From contig CAYQDX010000002.1 in NCBI GenBank assembly GCA_964416345.1, positions 1 to 43,330 of the forward strand: a stretch of DNA of 43,330 nt, read 5' to 3'. The position numbers and the translations under genes were made by a program. Positions 1 through 8,637 of this stretch are shown here, piece after piece (position 1 is the stretch's first letter; each line of letters opens with the position of its first letter). This DNA is from an uncultured Ectothiorhodospiraceae bacterium. Lineage in GTDB: Bacteria > Pseudomonadota > Gammaproteobacteria > CAYQDX01. The notes under the pieces were generated by a model, which was not told the DNA's origin, did not search any database, and saw only the letters and a program-made list of their open reading frames with translations.

Positions 1-420
1 TATCGCCGTGGACGCCATATTGTTCGTGGGCGGCCCGTTGAAATACGGCTCGAGCACCGTGGAGCTCGCCAGGGCATTGCCCGCCGGATTGGGATCGGTG
101 CCGTTGTCCTGGGATCCGTGCATGGGGTGGCCATGGCTCGGCAATTGATTCACCGTAAGGGTTACCTTTTCCGCCCCCCCCTTGGCGCCGAGCCTGCGCT
201 CAGATAGGCCCGGACCGTGCCCGGCATGAATGGGTATGCGACCACGCAGGTCCGGCAGACCGAAGGTGGTGCGCCCGTCACCGCCGTAAATAGTGCCCAG
301 CAGGCTGAACAAGGCGTCGTTCTGCGATACCGCCAATAGTTGACCATCACAGAAGGCCCAGCCGCGGGGGGCGAAGTTTCCGGCGAACATACGGATCTCG
401 CCGACGAAAGGCTCTGACAT
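1..420 (-). CDS. Phage tail collar domain protein (MdpB-like); 5' end complete, 3' end runs off the window
   Basis: Absent from the ORF track because there is no stop inside the window. The reverse-strand ATG (cat at 418-420) is preceded by GAGGAG. My translation MSEPFVGEIRMFAGNFAPRGWAFCDGQLLAVSQNDALFSLLGTIYGGDGRTTFGLPDLRGRIPIHAGHG... stays open to base 1. FAPRGWxxCDGQ plus GGDGxTTFxLPDLRGR is the tail-collar (Pfam Collar) signature. It is a paralogue of 434..937. Confidence 0.8.
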   Translation of the reverse strand, partial: MSEPFVGEIRMFAGNFAPRGWAFCDGQLLAVSQNDALFSLLGTIYGGDGRTTFGLPDLRGRIPIHAGHGPGLSERRLGAKGGAEKVTLTVNQLPSHGHPMHGSQDNGTDPNPAGNALASSTVLEPYFNGPPTNNMASTAI

Positions 421-433
421 GGCCGGGGCTCCT

Positions 434-937
434 CTAGTTGCGGGACGGGAAAAGGCCCCGCAGTGCGATACAGAAGTTCAACGCCAGATAGGGCTGCATG
501 TTCTCGTGGGCCTGGCCACCCCCTACGTTGGTGACAGTGCCGGCTTGCAGCTGGATCAGGTTGGCAGCGCCTTGTTTGTACAGGCCTCCCACTTCCCGTG
601 CCAGGAGATGGCCCGGTGGAGTGTTGCTGTCGCCCTGGGTCGAGGAAGCTTGCAGCACATGGTCATGTTGCGGCATTTCGTTGGCGCTCAGGGTGTGGGT
701 CTCTTCACCGCTCTTTTGGCCCTCCCGGTGGCCTTCACCCACATGGATGGGCGTACGCCCACGCAGATCGGGCAGCGCGAAGGTCGTTCTGCCGTCACCG
801 CCGTAGGTGGTGCCGAGCAGCGAATAAAGGGACTGATTCTGGTTGATGGGGAGTATCTGGCCGTCGCAGAAAGCCCAGCCCCGCGGTGCGAAGTTGAAGC
901 CGACTATCCGGACCTCGGCAAGAAATGGCTCTGACAT
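434..937 (-). CDS. Phage tail collar domain protein (MdpB-like)
   Basis: From ORF 434..1105, with the start trimmed to the ATG at 937, which has AGGAGG just upstream. MSEPFLAEVRIVGFNFAPRGWAFCDGQILPINQNQSLYSLLGTTYGGDGRTTFALPDLRGR matches the collar-domain signature. Only 13 nt separate it from the next collar gene. Confidence 0.85.
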   Translation of the reverse strand: MSEPFLAEVRIVGFNFAPRGWAFCDGQILPINQNQSLYSLLGTTYGGDGRTTFALPDLRGRTPIHVGEGHREGQKSGEETHTLSANEMPQHDHVLQASSTQGDSNTPPGHLLAREVGGLYKQGAANLIQLQAGTVTNVGGGQAHENMQPYLALNFCIALRGLFPSRN

Positions 938-1037
938 GACGCCTCCTGTCCTGCAGCATGGAGATGCTGGCTGCGATGTTGCCCTATCGTTGTTACTCGT
1001 TTGAAGCCAAAAAGGCCGTTCTGTTCGGCGGCGACCC

Positions 1038-4000
1038 CTACGGCGGCGTGGGACATGCGGGCTGCCCGTAGCTAATGGTGCCGGCCGCCGTTGCAGTTGC
1101 ACCATTGTTGACCGCGCTCAGGTTGGCCACACTCGTCTGAGTCACGTTGAACGTGCCGGCCGTCTGTCTTACGCGGAGATCATCCGAGCCGCCGATATTG
1201 GTGAACGTATTGCCGGAGATATTTGCGCACTGCGTCCCGGCAAAGATGATCTGTGCATTCAAGCCCCGGTCGTCGCGGATCTGGTCCAGCATATTGTCGG
1301 TGATGGTGACGTTGGTCGTCCCGCTGGTTACGGCCTTGTTGACATAGATGCCTTCGAAACCCGCGAAAGAGCCGTTGCCAACTTCCTGAATCGTATTTCC
1401 GTCGATCAGGACCGTCGCCGTCCCGCCGCCTTCATTTGACACGCGGCTGCCACTACCCGTCTGTGAGCCCGAGGCCAAGGTGCCAAAGGTGCCCACCGTA
1501 TTGCCCTCTTCCCTGCCATCGATGGTGCTGGTATGTGAGGCATTGGCGAAGTCGTTGATGGCATAGGAGCGGGATCCGGTAATCGGAATATTGTTTTGGA
1601 ATCCGAAGATCAGTGCCCCAGCGCTCGAGGCGCTGGCCGACAATCCGACGTTGGCGTTGGTCACGGTGCCGGTCGAGGAAACGAAGCTCAGCGAGCCCGC
1701 CGCGACGTCACCCACAGCACCGAAGGCCGTCAAGGTCCCGCCACCACCGACGATGGTGCAAGCGGACATGTTGACGGTCACATTGCCGGTCCCGCCGGTG
1801 TCGACGAAGAACTGATTGGCGGCGGAACCGGATGCGCCGTCGTTGCTGAAAGTGGAATTGCTCACGGCGAGATTGGTCAAGGTGCCGCTGGTGTTGCGTA
1901 TCACCACGTCGTGCTCGTAGGAGTTTTGCACCAAGGTATTGCTGATGGTGGCCATGCCGGCCGAGTTCATCATCAGAATACCGGCCTCATCCGGTGATGC
2001 CTGATCCGCATTGTTGGTGATGCGCAGTTGATTGAATACAAAGCCGTTGACCGCCGTGCCGAAGATGCCGTTGCGATTGTTGTTGTCGACCTGCATATAG
2101 GCGAGGCTGACGTTGGCGGCGGCATTGAGCAATATCCCATCGGCTCCGTCACCGGCACCTGCCCTGTTTGCGATGGTGCCACCGCTGCATTGAGCTGCGT
2201 CGTTCTTGCAATCACCGGCACCGCTGCCGGTCACGGCAAAGCTGCCACCGGTCGTATCCAGGTCGATACCGGGTGCCGTGCCCCCGTTGGCCGAAACCGA
2301 GGTCAAGCTAATCGTTCCGTCCAGGTTGCTCAAAGCTACTGCCGTACCGGTAGTGGACGTGACACTCGCTTCGCTCACCGAAACGCCGCTGACGGCACCG
2401 ACGGCATCGTTGATGCCGGTGAGGGTGCCGGTAACGAGATTGAAGCCCTGCGCCCGCACATTGTTGCCGTTCAGCGTCAGAGTGCCCTGGATCGTAGGCC
2501 GGGTGCCACCGATGCTCGGTCTGGGAATGGTGCCGGACGGGGGGGCAATGCCCATGAGGCTATCGAAGTTGCTGCCTGTCGCTCCCTGGCCGATCAGCCA
2601 TTGGGCCATTGGCTGCGTCGCACCTCCAGCCAGCGTCACACCTACGCCCGCGCCAGTCATGCCTGTGTAGACGAAGACGCGGTGATTCACGCTGGCACCC
2701 TTGGCCGTGTTCGCCGAGGCCAAGCTGCTGAACGAACTGGACAAGGTGCCGGTGCCGTTAGTGCCCGGGCCAGGGTCGACGAACCAGATCACCGGGCCGC
2801 TGACGTTGATCGTGATGTTCGCCGGCGCGCTGGTGGCGCTGCCCGGGCAGCCGTCATCCGCCACGGTGTACTGTACGATGGCGTTACCCGTGAAGCCGGG
2901 GGCCGGGTCGAAGTCGAAGGTTCCGGCGCCGAGATTCACGTTGGAGACCGTGCCGCCGCTGCTGGAGGTGATGCTTGCAACCGAGAACGTGGGCATGCAG
3001 CCGCTCACGCCGGTATCGGCATCCGTCACCCCGGCGAGCAGGGTCGCACTATCGCCCAGGCCCAGGATCTTCATGTTCGCCTGGGCGGCGAAGCCGGTCT
3101 TGTTCTGCGCCACCGGTGGGTCGTTGACGGCATTGACGGTGATGGTGAAGGTCTGCGTGGCGGAGGTATCTACCCCACCGTTGCCCGTGCCGCCGTTGTC
3201 CATGGCTTCCAGAGTGATGCTTGCCATGCCGTTGGCATTGGCCGCCGGCGTATAGGTTAGCACCCCGCTGGAATCCACCGCCGGGCCGGCGGAGAACAGT
3301 CCCGGATTGGTGTTGGCGGTGATGTTGAAAGTGAGCGTCTGGCCCGATTCGTTGGCCGGTCCCGTGCTGATAGCCGTGGCCCAGGGATTGACAGCCTGTG
3401 GTCCGGCGTCCTCGTTGACCGTCGAATCGAGTCCCTTGGCAAAGGAAGGGGCGTCGTTGACAGGAGTGACGTTGATGACGAAGGACTGGGGCGCGGAGGT
3501 GTCCATGCCGCCGCCGGCGGTGCCACCGTCGTCCATGGCCACCAGGGTGATGGTCGCGCTGCCGTTGGCGTTGGCCGCCGGGGTGTAGGTCAGCCCCCCG
3601 CTTGAGGACACCGCCGGCCCGGCGGAGAACAATGCCGCATTGGTGTTGTTGGTGATGTTGAAGCTCACCGTCTGGCCAGATTCGCCGGCCGGACCGGGAG
3701 AGATGGTAGTGGCCCAAGGGTTGACGGTCTGCGCCCCGGCGTCCTCCAGCACTGTCTCGTCGGGGCCCTTGGTGAAGCTAGGCGGCTGATTGACCTGGGT
3801 CACGGTGATGACGAAGCTCTGGGAGGCCGAGGTGTCCACGCCGCCGTTGGCGGTACCGCCGTCGTCCATGGCTTCCAGCGTGATGGTGGCGTTGCCGTAG
3901 ACACCGGGCGCTGAGGTGTAGGTCAGCACGCCGGTCGAGGATACCGCTGGGCCGGCGGAGAACAGGGCCACGTTGGTATTGCCGGTGATGTTGAAGGTCA

Positions 4001-6734
4001 CGGTCTGGCCGGACTCATCCGGCGGGCCGGCAAGGATGGCTGTGGCCCAGGGGCTGACCGTCTGCGCCCCGACGTCCTGAGGGGAGGTCTGATCAGGCCC
4101 CTTGGTGAAGGAAGGTGCGTCGTTGACCGGCGCTACCGTCACCGTCTTACTGGTTGTGGCGCTGGGGTCGGTGCCGTCGTTGGCGACGAAATCGATCTGC
4201 CGGTCCGTGGGGTCCGGATTCTGGGAGCTGTTGTCGTAGGTGACGGTGCGCAGCACCTGCTGGTAGTTGGCCAGGGTGTCGCTGCCGCTCAGTGTTAGGG
4301 TCGGCGCCACGTAATTCGCCGTAATGGCGGTACCGCCCGTGGTGGCAGCCAGGACTTCCTTGCCGCTGTCCAGCAGGTTGGTGATGGTCACGGTGGCGGA
4401 GGCGAGGTTGACATCGTCTGCATCGGTCACGGTCACCGCGGCGTCCAGCGCCACCGGACCACCGTCTTCGATAAAGGCGGCACTGCCCGCGCTGGTCGTC
4501 ACCACCGGCAGGTCGTTCACTGATGTCACCGTCACGGTCTTGCTAGCGATGGCACTGTCGAGGGCACCGTCATTGGCCAGGAAGTCGATCTGCCGCGGCG
4601 TGGCGTCGGGGCTCTGGGAGCCGTTGCCGTAGGTAACGGTGCGCAGCACCTGCTGGTAGTTGGCGGGCGTGTCACTGCCGCTCAGGGTCAGGACGGGTGC
4701 CACGTAGCTCGCCGTGATGGCGGTGCCCGTTGTGTCGGCGACCAGGATCTCCTGCCCGGTGTCCTGGAGGTTGGTGATGGTCACGCTGGCGGAAGCCAGG
4801 CTTGCATTGTCCACATCGATGACCGTCACCCCGGCGTCCACGGCCACCGGCCCGGCGTCTTCGATGAAGGCCGTGGGACCCGCGCTGGTGGTCACCACCG
4901 GCGCGTCGTTAACCGGTGTCACCGTCATTGTCTTGCTGGCCGTGGCGCTGGGATCGGTGCCGTCATTGGCCACGAAATCGAGTTGTCGCGGTGTGACATT
5001 CGGATTCTGGGAGGTATTGTCATAGGTCACGGACTGTAGACAGGCCTGATAGACCGCCGGAGGCTGGCTGCCGGTGATGCTGAGGCTGTTGAGTCCCGGG
5101 GTCACGGTCAGTGCCGCGCAGGCGCTGGCGGCCAGCACCTCGGCCGCGCCGTCCTGGGAATTGGCGATGGTCACGGTGGCGGACGCGAGGGTGGCATTGT
5201 CCGCATCGGTCACCGTCACGCCGGCGTCCACCACTAGCGGCCCCCCATCCTCGGTAAAGGCCGTCGCGCCGCCCGTGGTGGTCACGATCGGTGGATCGTT
5301 CACCGCCGACACCGTGATGATGAAGCTCTGCGCAGCCGAGGTGTCCACGCCGCCGTTGGCGGTGCCGCCGTCATCCGTGGCTACCAGGGTGATGTTGGCG
5401 ACGCCACTGGCGTTGGGGGCTGAGGTGAAGCTCAGCGACCCGTCGGTTACGACGGTCGGTCCCGCGGCGAACAGACCGGGGTTGTCATTGGCCGCGATGT
5501 TAAAGCTCACCGTCTGCCCGGACTCGTTGGCGGGGCCCGGGGAGATGCCGGTGGCCCAGGGGCTGATGGTCTGGGCGCCGCTGTCCTCTGGCACCGTCAC
5601 GTCCGGGCCCTTGACGAAGGTGGGCGGATCGTTGACCGGGGCCACCTGGATGGTGACGGTGGCGTCCGTCGAATCGAGCTGCCCGTCGTTGGCGCGGTAG
5701 GTGAAACTGTCGGTGCCGTTGAAGTCGGCGCCGGGGGTGTAGTCGAAGGAGCCGTCGGGGTTCAGGGTGAGGGCACCGTTTGCGGTGGTGACGCCCAGCA
5801 CCGCAGTCAAGCTGGTGCCCGCATCCGGGTCCGTATCGTTGGCCAGCACGCCGGTGGCGACCGGGACGTTGAGCACGGTGTCCTCGTCGACGGCATAGGG
5901 TCCGTCGTCCACCGCCGTGGGCGCCTGATTCATGTCCGCATCGATGCGGAAGTACAACCCGCCCGCCTCCGGCGAGGCGTAGACGGTCAGGATGTCCGCA
6001 TTGAGCCCGTCACCGGGCGGGTCCGTGGCCAGCGGCGCAATCCCGGACCAGTCGTCGATCTGACCGTCCAGCACGATGGCGGCCACCGCCACGCCGATGC
6101 CACCCACCAGCAGCACCACCGCCAGCGCACCGCCGGCGACTCCGGGATGGCGGCGCAGCAGCACGGCCGCCCCCAGCAGTAGGAGCATCGCCAGGCCCAG
6201 ACCCAGGGCGGAGAGGGTGGGGATCTGGATGACGTCGGTGATGATAATAGGACCGCCGCCGGTGCTCAGCAGGGCGTCCTCGTTCCCCAGGGCATTCTCG
6301 CTGGACATGAAGCCCACCCGGATGGTGGGGTGAGTCAGCTGATCCTTGGGAAATACCGTCTCGATGACGTCCTCGCCGGCCGGGCCGTTTCCCAGGCCCA
6401 CCGGCCACGGGCCGGCCTGCACGCTGATGGGGGTACCGAAGGCGTCAGTGCTCGGGTCCACACATTCCCGCCGGCTCGCCCCGGTGACGTTGGAGCCGCT
6501 GGCATCGGTCGCCACGCCGGTGATGAGCATCTGCTCGACGCCGTCGAAGGGGCCGTCCACGGTCATCACGGTGCAGCCGGTGCCGGCGTCGTTGTCCAGA
6601 TCGAGCAGGACGCGGAATTCGGAGTCCACCGCCAGCGCGGGGGCGCTCAGCACACTGAGTAGGAAGCCTAGGCACAGGAGGCGCCAGCCTTGGTGGCCAG
6701 ACATCCAATTCTGGGAACGGGGGCGTGCGCTCAT
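1038..6734 (-). CDS. Giant surface/secreted adhesin-like protein: Sec signal, small N-domain, internal IPTL-like anchor, cadherin-like VNDxP tandem domains, C-terminal right-handed parallel beta-helix
   Basis: ORF 1038..6800 (1920 aa). The preferred start is the ATG at 6734 (GGAG 9 nt upstream), followed by the signal-like WRLLCLGFLLSVLSAPALA|VD. Residues ~390-1230 are repeated ~111-aa and ~131-aa modules, each ending in VNDPP/VNDAP. Residues ~1340-1900 are Gly/Asn/Thr-rich with NNxxNGI and ITNN-type beta-helix turns. There are no GGxGxD RTX nonapeptides. Confidence 0.85.
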   Translation of the reverse strand: MSARPRSQNWMSGHQGWRLLCLGFLLSVLSAPALAVDSEFRVLLDLDNDAGTGCTVMTVDGPFDGVEQMLITGVATDASGSNVTGASRRECVDPSTDAFGTPISVQAGPWPVGLGNGPAGEDVIETVFPKDQLTHPTIRVGFMSSENALGNEDALLSTGGGPIIITDVIQIPTLSALGLGLAMLLLLGAAVLLRRHPGVAGGALAVVLLVGGIGVAVAAIVLDGQIDDWSGIAPLATDPPGDGLNADILTVYASPEAGGLYFRIDADMNQAPTAVDDGPYAVDEDTVLNVPVATGVLANDTDPDAGTSLTAVLGVTTANGALTLNPDGSFDYTPGADFNGTDSFTYRANDGQLDSTDATVTIQVAPVNDPPTFVKGPDVTVPEDSGAQTISPWATGISPGPANESGQTVSFNIAANDNPGLFAAGPTVVTDGSLSFTSAPNASGVANITLVATDDGGTANGGVDTSAAQSFIITVSAVNDPPIVTTTGGATAFTEDGGPLVVDAGVTVTDADNATLASATVTIANSQDGAAEVLAASACAALTVTPGLNSLSITGSQPPAVYQACLQSVTYDNTSQNPNVTPRQLDFVANDGTDPSATASKTMTVTPVNDAPVVTTSAGPTAFIEDAGPVAVDAGVTVIDVDNASLASASVTITNLQDTGQEILVADTTGTAITASYVAPVLTLSGSDTPANYQQVLRTVTYGNGSQSPDATPRQIDFLANDGALDSAIASKTVTVTSVNDLPVVTTSAGSAAFIEDGGPVALDAAVTVTDADDVNLASATVTITNLLDSGKEVLAATTGGTAITANYVAPTLTLSGSDTLANYQQVLRTVTYDNSSQNPDPTDRQIDFVANDGTDPSATTSKTVTVAPVNDAPSFTKGPDQTSPQDVGAQTVSPWATAILAGPPDESGQTVTFNITGNTNVALFSAGPAVSSTGVLTYTSAPGVYGNATITLEAMDDGGTANGGVDTSASQSFVITVTQVNQPPSFTKGPDETVLEDAGAQTVNPWATTISPGPAGESGQTVSFNITNNTNAALFSAGPAVSSSGGLTYTPAANANGSATITLVAMDDGGTAGGGMDTSAPQSFVINVTPVNDAPSFAKGLDSTVNEDAGPQAVNPWATAISTGPANESGQTLTFNITANTNPGLFSAGPAVDSSGVLTYTPAANANGMASITLEAMDNGGTGNGGVDTSATQTFTITVNAVNDPPVAQNKTGFAAQANMKILGLGDSATLLAGVTDADTGVSGCMPTFSVASITSSSGGTVSNVNLGAGTFDFDPAPGFTGNAIVQYTVADDGCPGSATSAPANITINVSGPVIWFVDPGPGTNGTGTLSSSFSSLASANTAKGASVNHRVFVYTGMTGAGVGVTLAGGATQPMAQWLIGQGATGSNFDSLMGIAPPSGTIPRPSIGGTRPTIQGTLTLNGNNVRAQGFNLVTGTLTGINDAVGAVSGVSVSEASVTSTTGTAVALSNLDGTISLTSVSANGGTAPGIDLDTTGGSFAVTGSGAGDCKNDAAQCSGGTIANRAGAGDGADGILLNAAANVSLAYMQVDNNNRNGIFGTAVNGFVFNQLRITNNADQASPDEAGILMMNSAGMATISNTLVQNSYEHDVVIRNTSGTLTNLAVSNSTFSNDGASGSAANQFFVDTGGTGNVTVNMSACTIVGGGGTLTAFGAVGDVAAGSLSFVSSTGTVTNANVGLSASASSAGALIFGFQNNIPITGSRSYAINDFANASHTSTIDGREEGNTVGTFGTLASGSQTGSGSRVSNEGGGTATVLIDGNTIQEVGNGSFAGFEGIYVNKAVTSGTTNVTITDNMLDQIRDDRGLNAQIIFAGTQCANISGNTFTNIGGSDDLRVRQTAGTFNVTQTSVANLSAVNNGATATAAGTISYGQPACPTPP
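3117..4127. repeat. Three tandem ~333-bp (111-aa) intragenic repeats (module A: SFTKGPD...GAQTV.PWAT.I..GP..ESGQT.TFNIT.NTN..LFSAGPAV...G.LTYT...ANG.A.ITL.AMDDGGTANGGVDTS); a fourth, separated copy at 5301..5636
   Basis: gtcgtccatgg recurs at 3528 and 3861, giving a period of 333 bp. The protein modules at residues 892-1003, 1003-1114 and 1114-1228 align throughout, and residues 389-500 form an outlying copy. Confidence 0.8.
4125..5303. repeat. Three tandem ~393-bp (131-aa) intragenic repeats (module B: VNDxP-VVTTSAG..AFIEDGGP...VTYDN.SQNP...ANDG)
   Basis: The period was measured directly: gcgcagcacctgctggtagttgg occurs at 4248 and again at 4641, giving 393 bp. Antisense ORFs 4324..4632 and 4714..5025 translate to near-identical peptides. 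Protein copies 2 and 3 are roughly three-quarters identical by eye. Confidence 0.85.
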
Positions 6735-7182
6735 GATCCTGGTCTCCGCGCTCAGGTGAATGGCGTAGTCATGGTTGTCCTGGGGCATGGTGCCAGGCAC
6801 CCGCCAGGCTGCAGGACCGTGAGACGCCGCGGGCGGGCGGCATCACGAGGGATTGCGTCGATTCGGATGGGTGGTCACGGTGGCGTGTCGCTTTGACCCT
6901 TATTCTTTTTACCTGCCGGCGCCCGCCGTCGGACGGCCGAGACCAGTCCGTGCATTGTGACGCTGCGCTCACTCCGCAGAAGAGCTGGCTTTGACCGGCT
7001 AGTGCTCCGTTGTGCCGCAGGACGGCACACCAGAGCTTTATAACCGTCGGCACACGCCTTGTCCAGAACGAATGCCGCCGGAGGACAAAGCTCCGTACGC
7101 GCAGCCTTTGCGGCCACGCGGGCAATTGCGTAAGCTTCGCCGAGCGCCTGGTGAGCCGGGCGCATCAGCAACGGGGACCACA

Positions 7183-8637
7183 ATGGCAATCGACTGCAGC
7201 GCCTACGAGGTGGCGGGCCATTACGACGAGCTGTTCGCCGCCACCGGCAAGCCCCGCAAGGCCGCCAAGCCTCTCTGCCACTATCTCAACAAGCTGTCGG
7301 ACGAAGATCTGCAGGAGCGCAGGAGCTCGGTGGATCTCGCGATCATGACCATGGGCATCACATTCACGGTCTATACCGAGGGCAGCAACATCGACCGAGC
7401 CTGGCCCTTCGACGTAATTCCCCGCATCATCCCGCGCAAGGAATGGGAGCGCACCGAAGCCGGCCTTAAGCAGCGGCTCACGGCGCTCAACCTGTTCATC
7501 AGCGATCTCTACGGCGAGCAGAAGGTCATCAAGGATGGCGTCTTTCCCGCCGATGTCCTGGCCCAGTCCAAGAATTTCCGTCCCCAGTGCGTGGGTACCA
7601 CGCCGGCCTTCGGGGTCTGGGCGCACATCTGCGGCAGTGACCTCGTGCGGGACAAGGACGGCACCCTGTACGTGCTGGAGGACAATCTGCGTGTGCCTTC
7701 CGGGGTCTCCTACATGCTGGAGAACCGGCAGGTGATGAAGCGGGTATTCGCGGAGCTGTTCGAGGATTACGACATCCTGCCGGTGGACGACTATCCGACC
7801 CAGCTGTTCGACACCCTGGCGGCAATTTCGCCGCGGCCTGCCGACTACCCGGAGGTGGTGGTGCTGACTCCGGGCATCTATAACTCGGCCTATTTCGAGC
7901 ACAGCTACCTCGCGCAGCAGATGGGCGCCGAGCTAGTGCAGGGCTCGGATTTGGTGGTGGGGGAGGACGACTGCGTCTACATGAAGACCATCGCGGGCAT
8001 GTCCAGGGTGGACGTCATATACCGCCGCATCGACGACGAGTTTCTGGATCCGGAGGCTTTTCGCGAGGACTCGGTGCTGGGCGTGAAGGGCCTCATGCGC
8101 GCCTGGCGCAAGGGCAACGTGTCGTTGGCCAACGCTCCGGGGGCCGGGGTGGCGGACGACAAGGTCGTCTATGCCTTCGTGCCCAGGCTCATCAAGTATT
8201 ACCTGGATCAGGACCCGCTGATTCCCAATGTGCCTACCTATATCTGCATGGACGAAAAGGACCGGGAGCACGTGCTCGCCAACATCGACCAGCTGGTAGT
8301 GAAGCCAGCAAACGAGTCCGGCGGCTACGGCATGCTGGTGGGTCCCCACGCGAGCAAGTCGGAGCACAAGAAATTCGTCGAGCTGATCAAGGAAAATCCC
8401 CGCAACTACATCGCTCAGCCCACGCTGACCCTATCCACCGCGCCAACCCTCTGCGACGGTCGGATGGAGCCCCGCCACCTGGATCTGCGGCCATTCATAC
8501 TGCAGGGGGAGAGCCTCAGCGTGACCACCGGCGGCCTGAGCCGGGTCGCCCTGCGCAAGGGCTCGCTGGTCGTGAACTCCTCCCAGGGCGGTGGCAGCAA
8601 GGACACCTGGGTGGTCGATATGGGGGAGGATGCCTGA
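7183..8637 (+). CDS. Circularly permuted type-2 ATP-grasp protein (COG2308 family)
   Basis: From ORF 7012..8637 (GTG), trimmed to the ATG at 7183 (GGGGA upstream). MAIDCSAYEVAGHYDELF... with YVLEDNLRVPSGVSYMLENR, SLANAPGAGVADDK and NSSQGGGSKDTWV is typical of this family. It parallels the N-half of the fused gene at 10505..13066. Confidence 0.9.
   Translation: MAIDCSAYEVAGHYDELFAATGKPRKAAKPLCHYLNKLSDEDLQERRSSVDLAIMTMGITFTVYTEGSNIDRAWPFDVIPRIIPRKEWERTEAGLKQRLTALNLFISDLYGEQKVIKDGVFPADVLAQSKNFRPQCVGTTPAFGVWAHICGSDLVRDKDGTLYVLEDNLRVPSGVSYMLENRQVMKRVFAELFEDYDILPVDDYPTQLFDTLAAISPRPADYPEVVVLTPGIYNSAYFEHSYLAQQMGAELVQGSDLVVGEDDCVYMKTIAGMSRVDVIYRRIDDEFLDPEAFREDSVLGVKGLMRAWRKGNVSLANAPGAGVADDKVVYAFVPRLIKYYLDQDPLIPNVPTYICMDEKDREHVLANIDQLVVKPANESGGYGMLVGPHASKSEHKKFVELIKENPRNYIAQPTLTLSTAPTLCDGRMEPRHLDLRPFILQGESLSVTTGGLSRVALRKGSLVVNSSQGGGSKDTWVVDMGEDA

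Noticed and set aside
2028-3260. 410-aa plus-strand ORF, with neighbours 2206..2670, 2701..3255, 3307..3588, 4324..4632, 4714..5025 and 5074..5700, antisense to the giant adhesin gene
   Set aside because: They lie wholly inside a gene with strong domain and repeat logic. Their translations are Arg/Gly/Ala/Val-rich with no motifs. Their mutual similarity simply mirrors the sense-strand tandem repeats. This is typical open antisense frames of high-GC DNA.
1038-6734. Giant protein as an RTX/type I secretion substrate or autotransporter
   Set aside because: It has no GGxGxD nonapeptide repeats, no C-terminal beta-barrel-like segment and no adjacent ABC/MFP/TolC genes in the window. It instead has an N-terminal Sec-type signal. 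The secretion route is left open.
6875-7189. 104-aa minus-strand ORF (and 6769..7125) in the 448-bp divergent spacer between the giant gene and the ATP-grasp gene
   Set aside because: Third-position GC is visibly lower than in neighbouring genes, with many NNT/NNA codons. There is no SD and no motif, and it overlaps the ATP-grasp start. I treat it as a non-coding promoter region.
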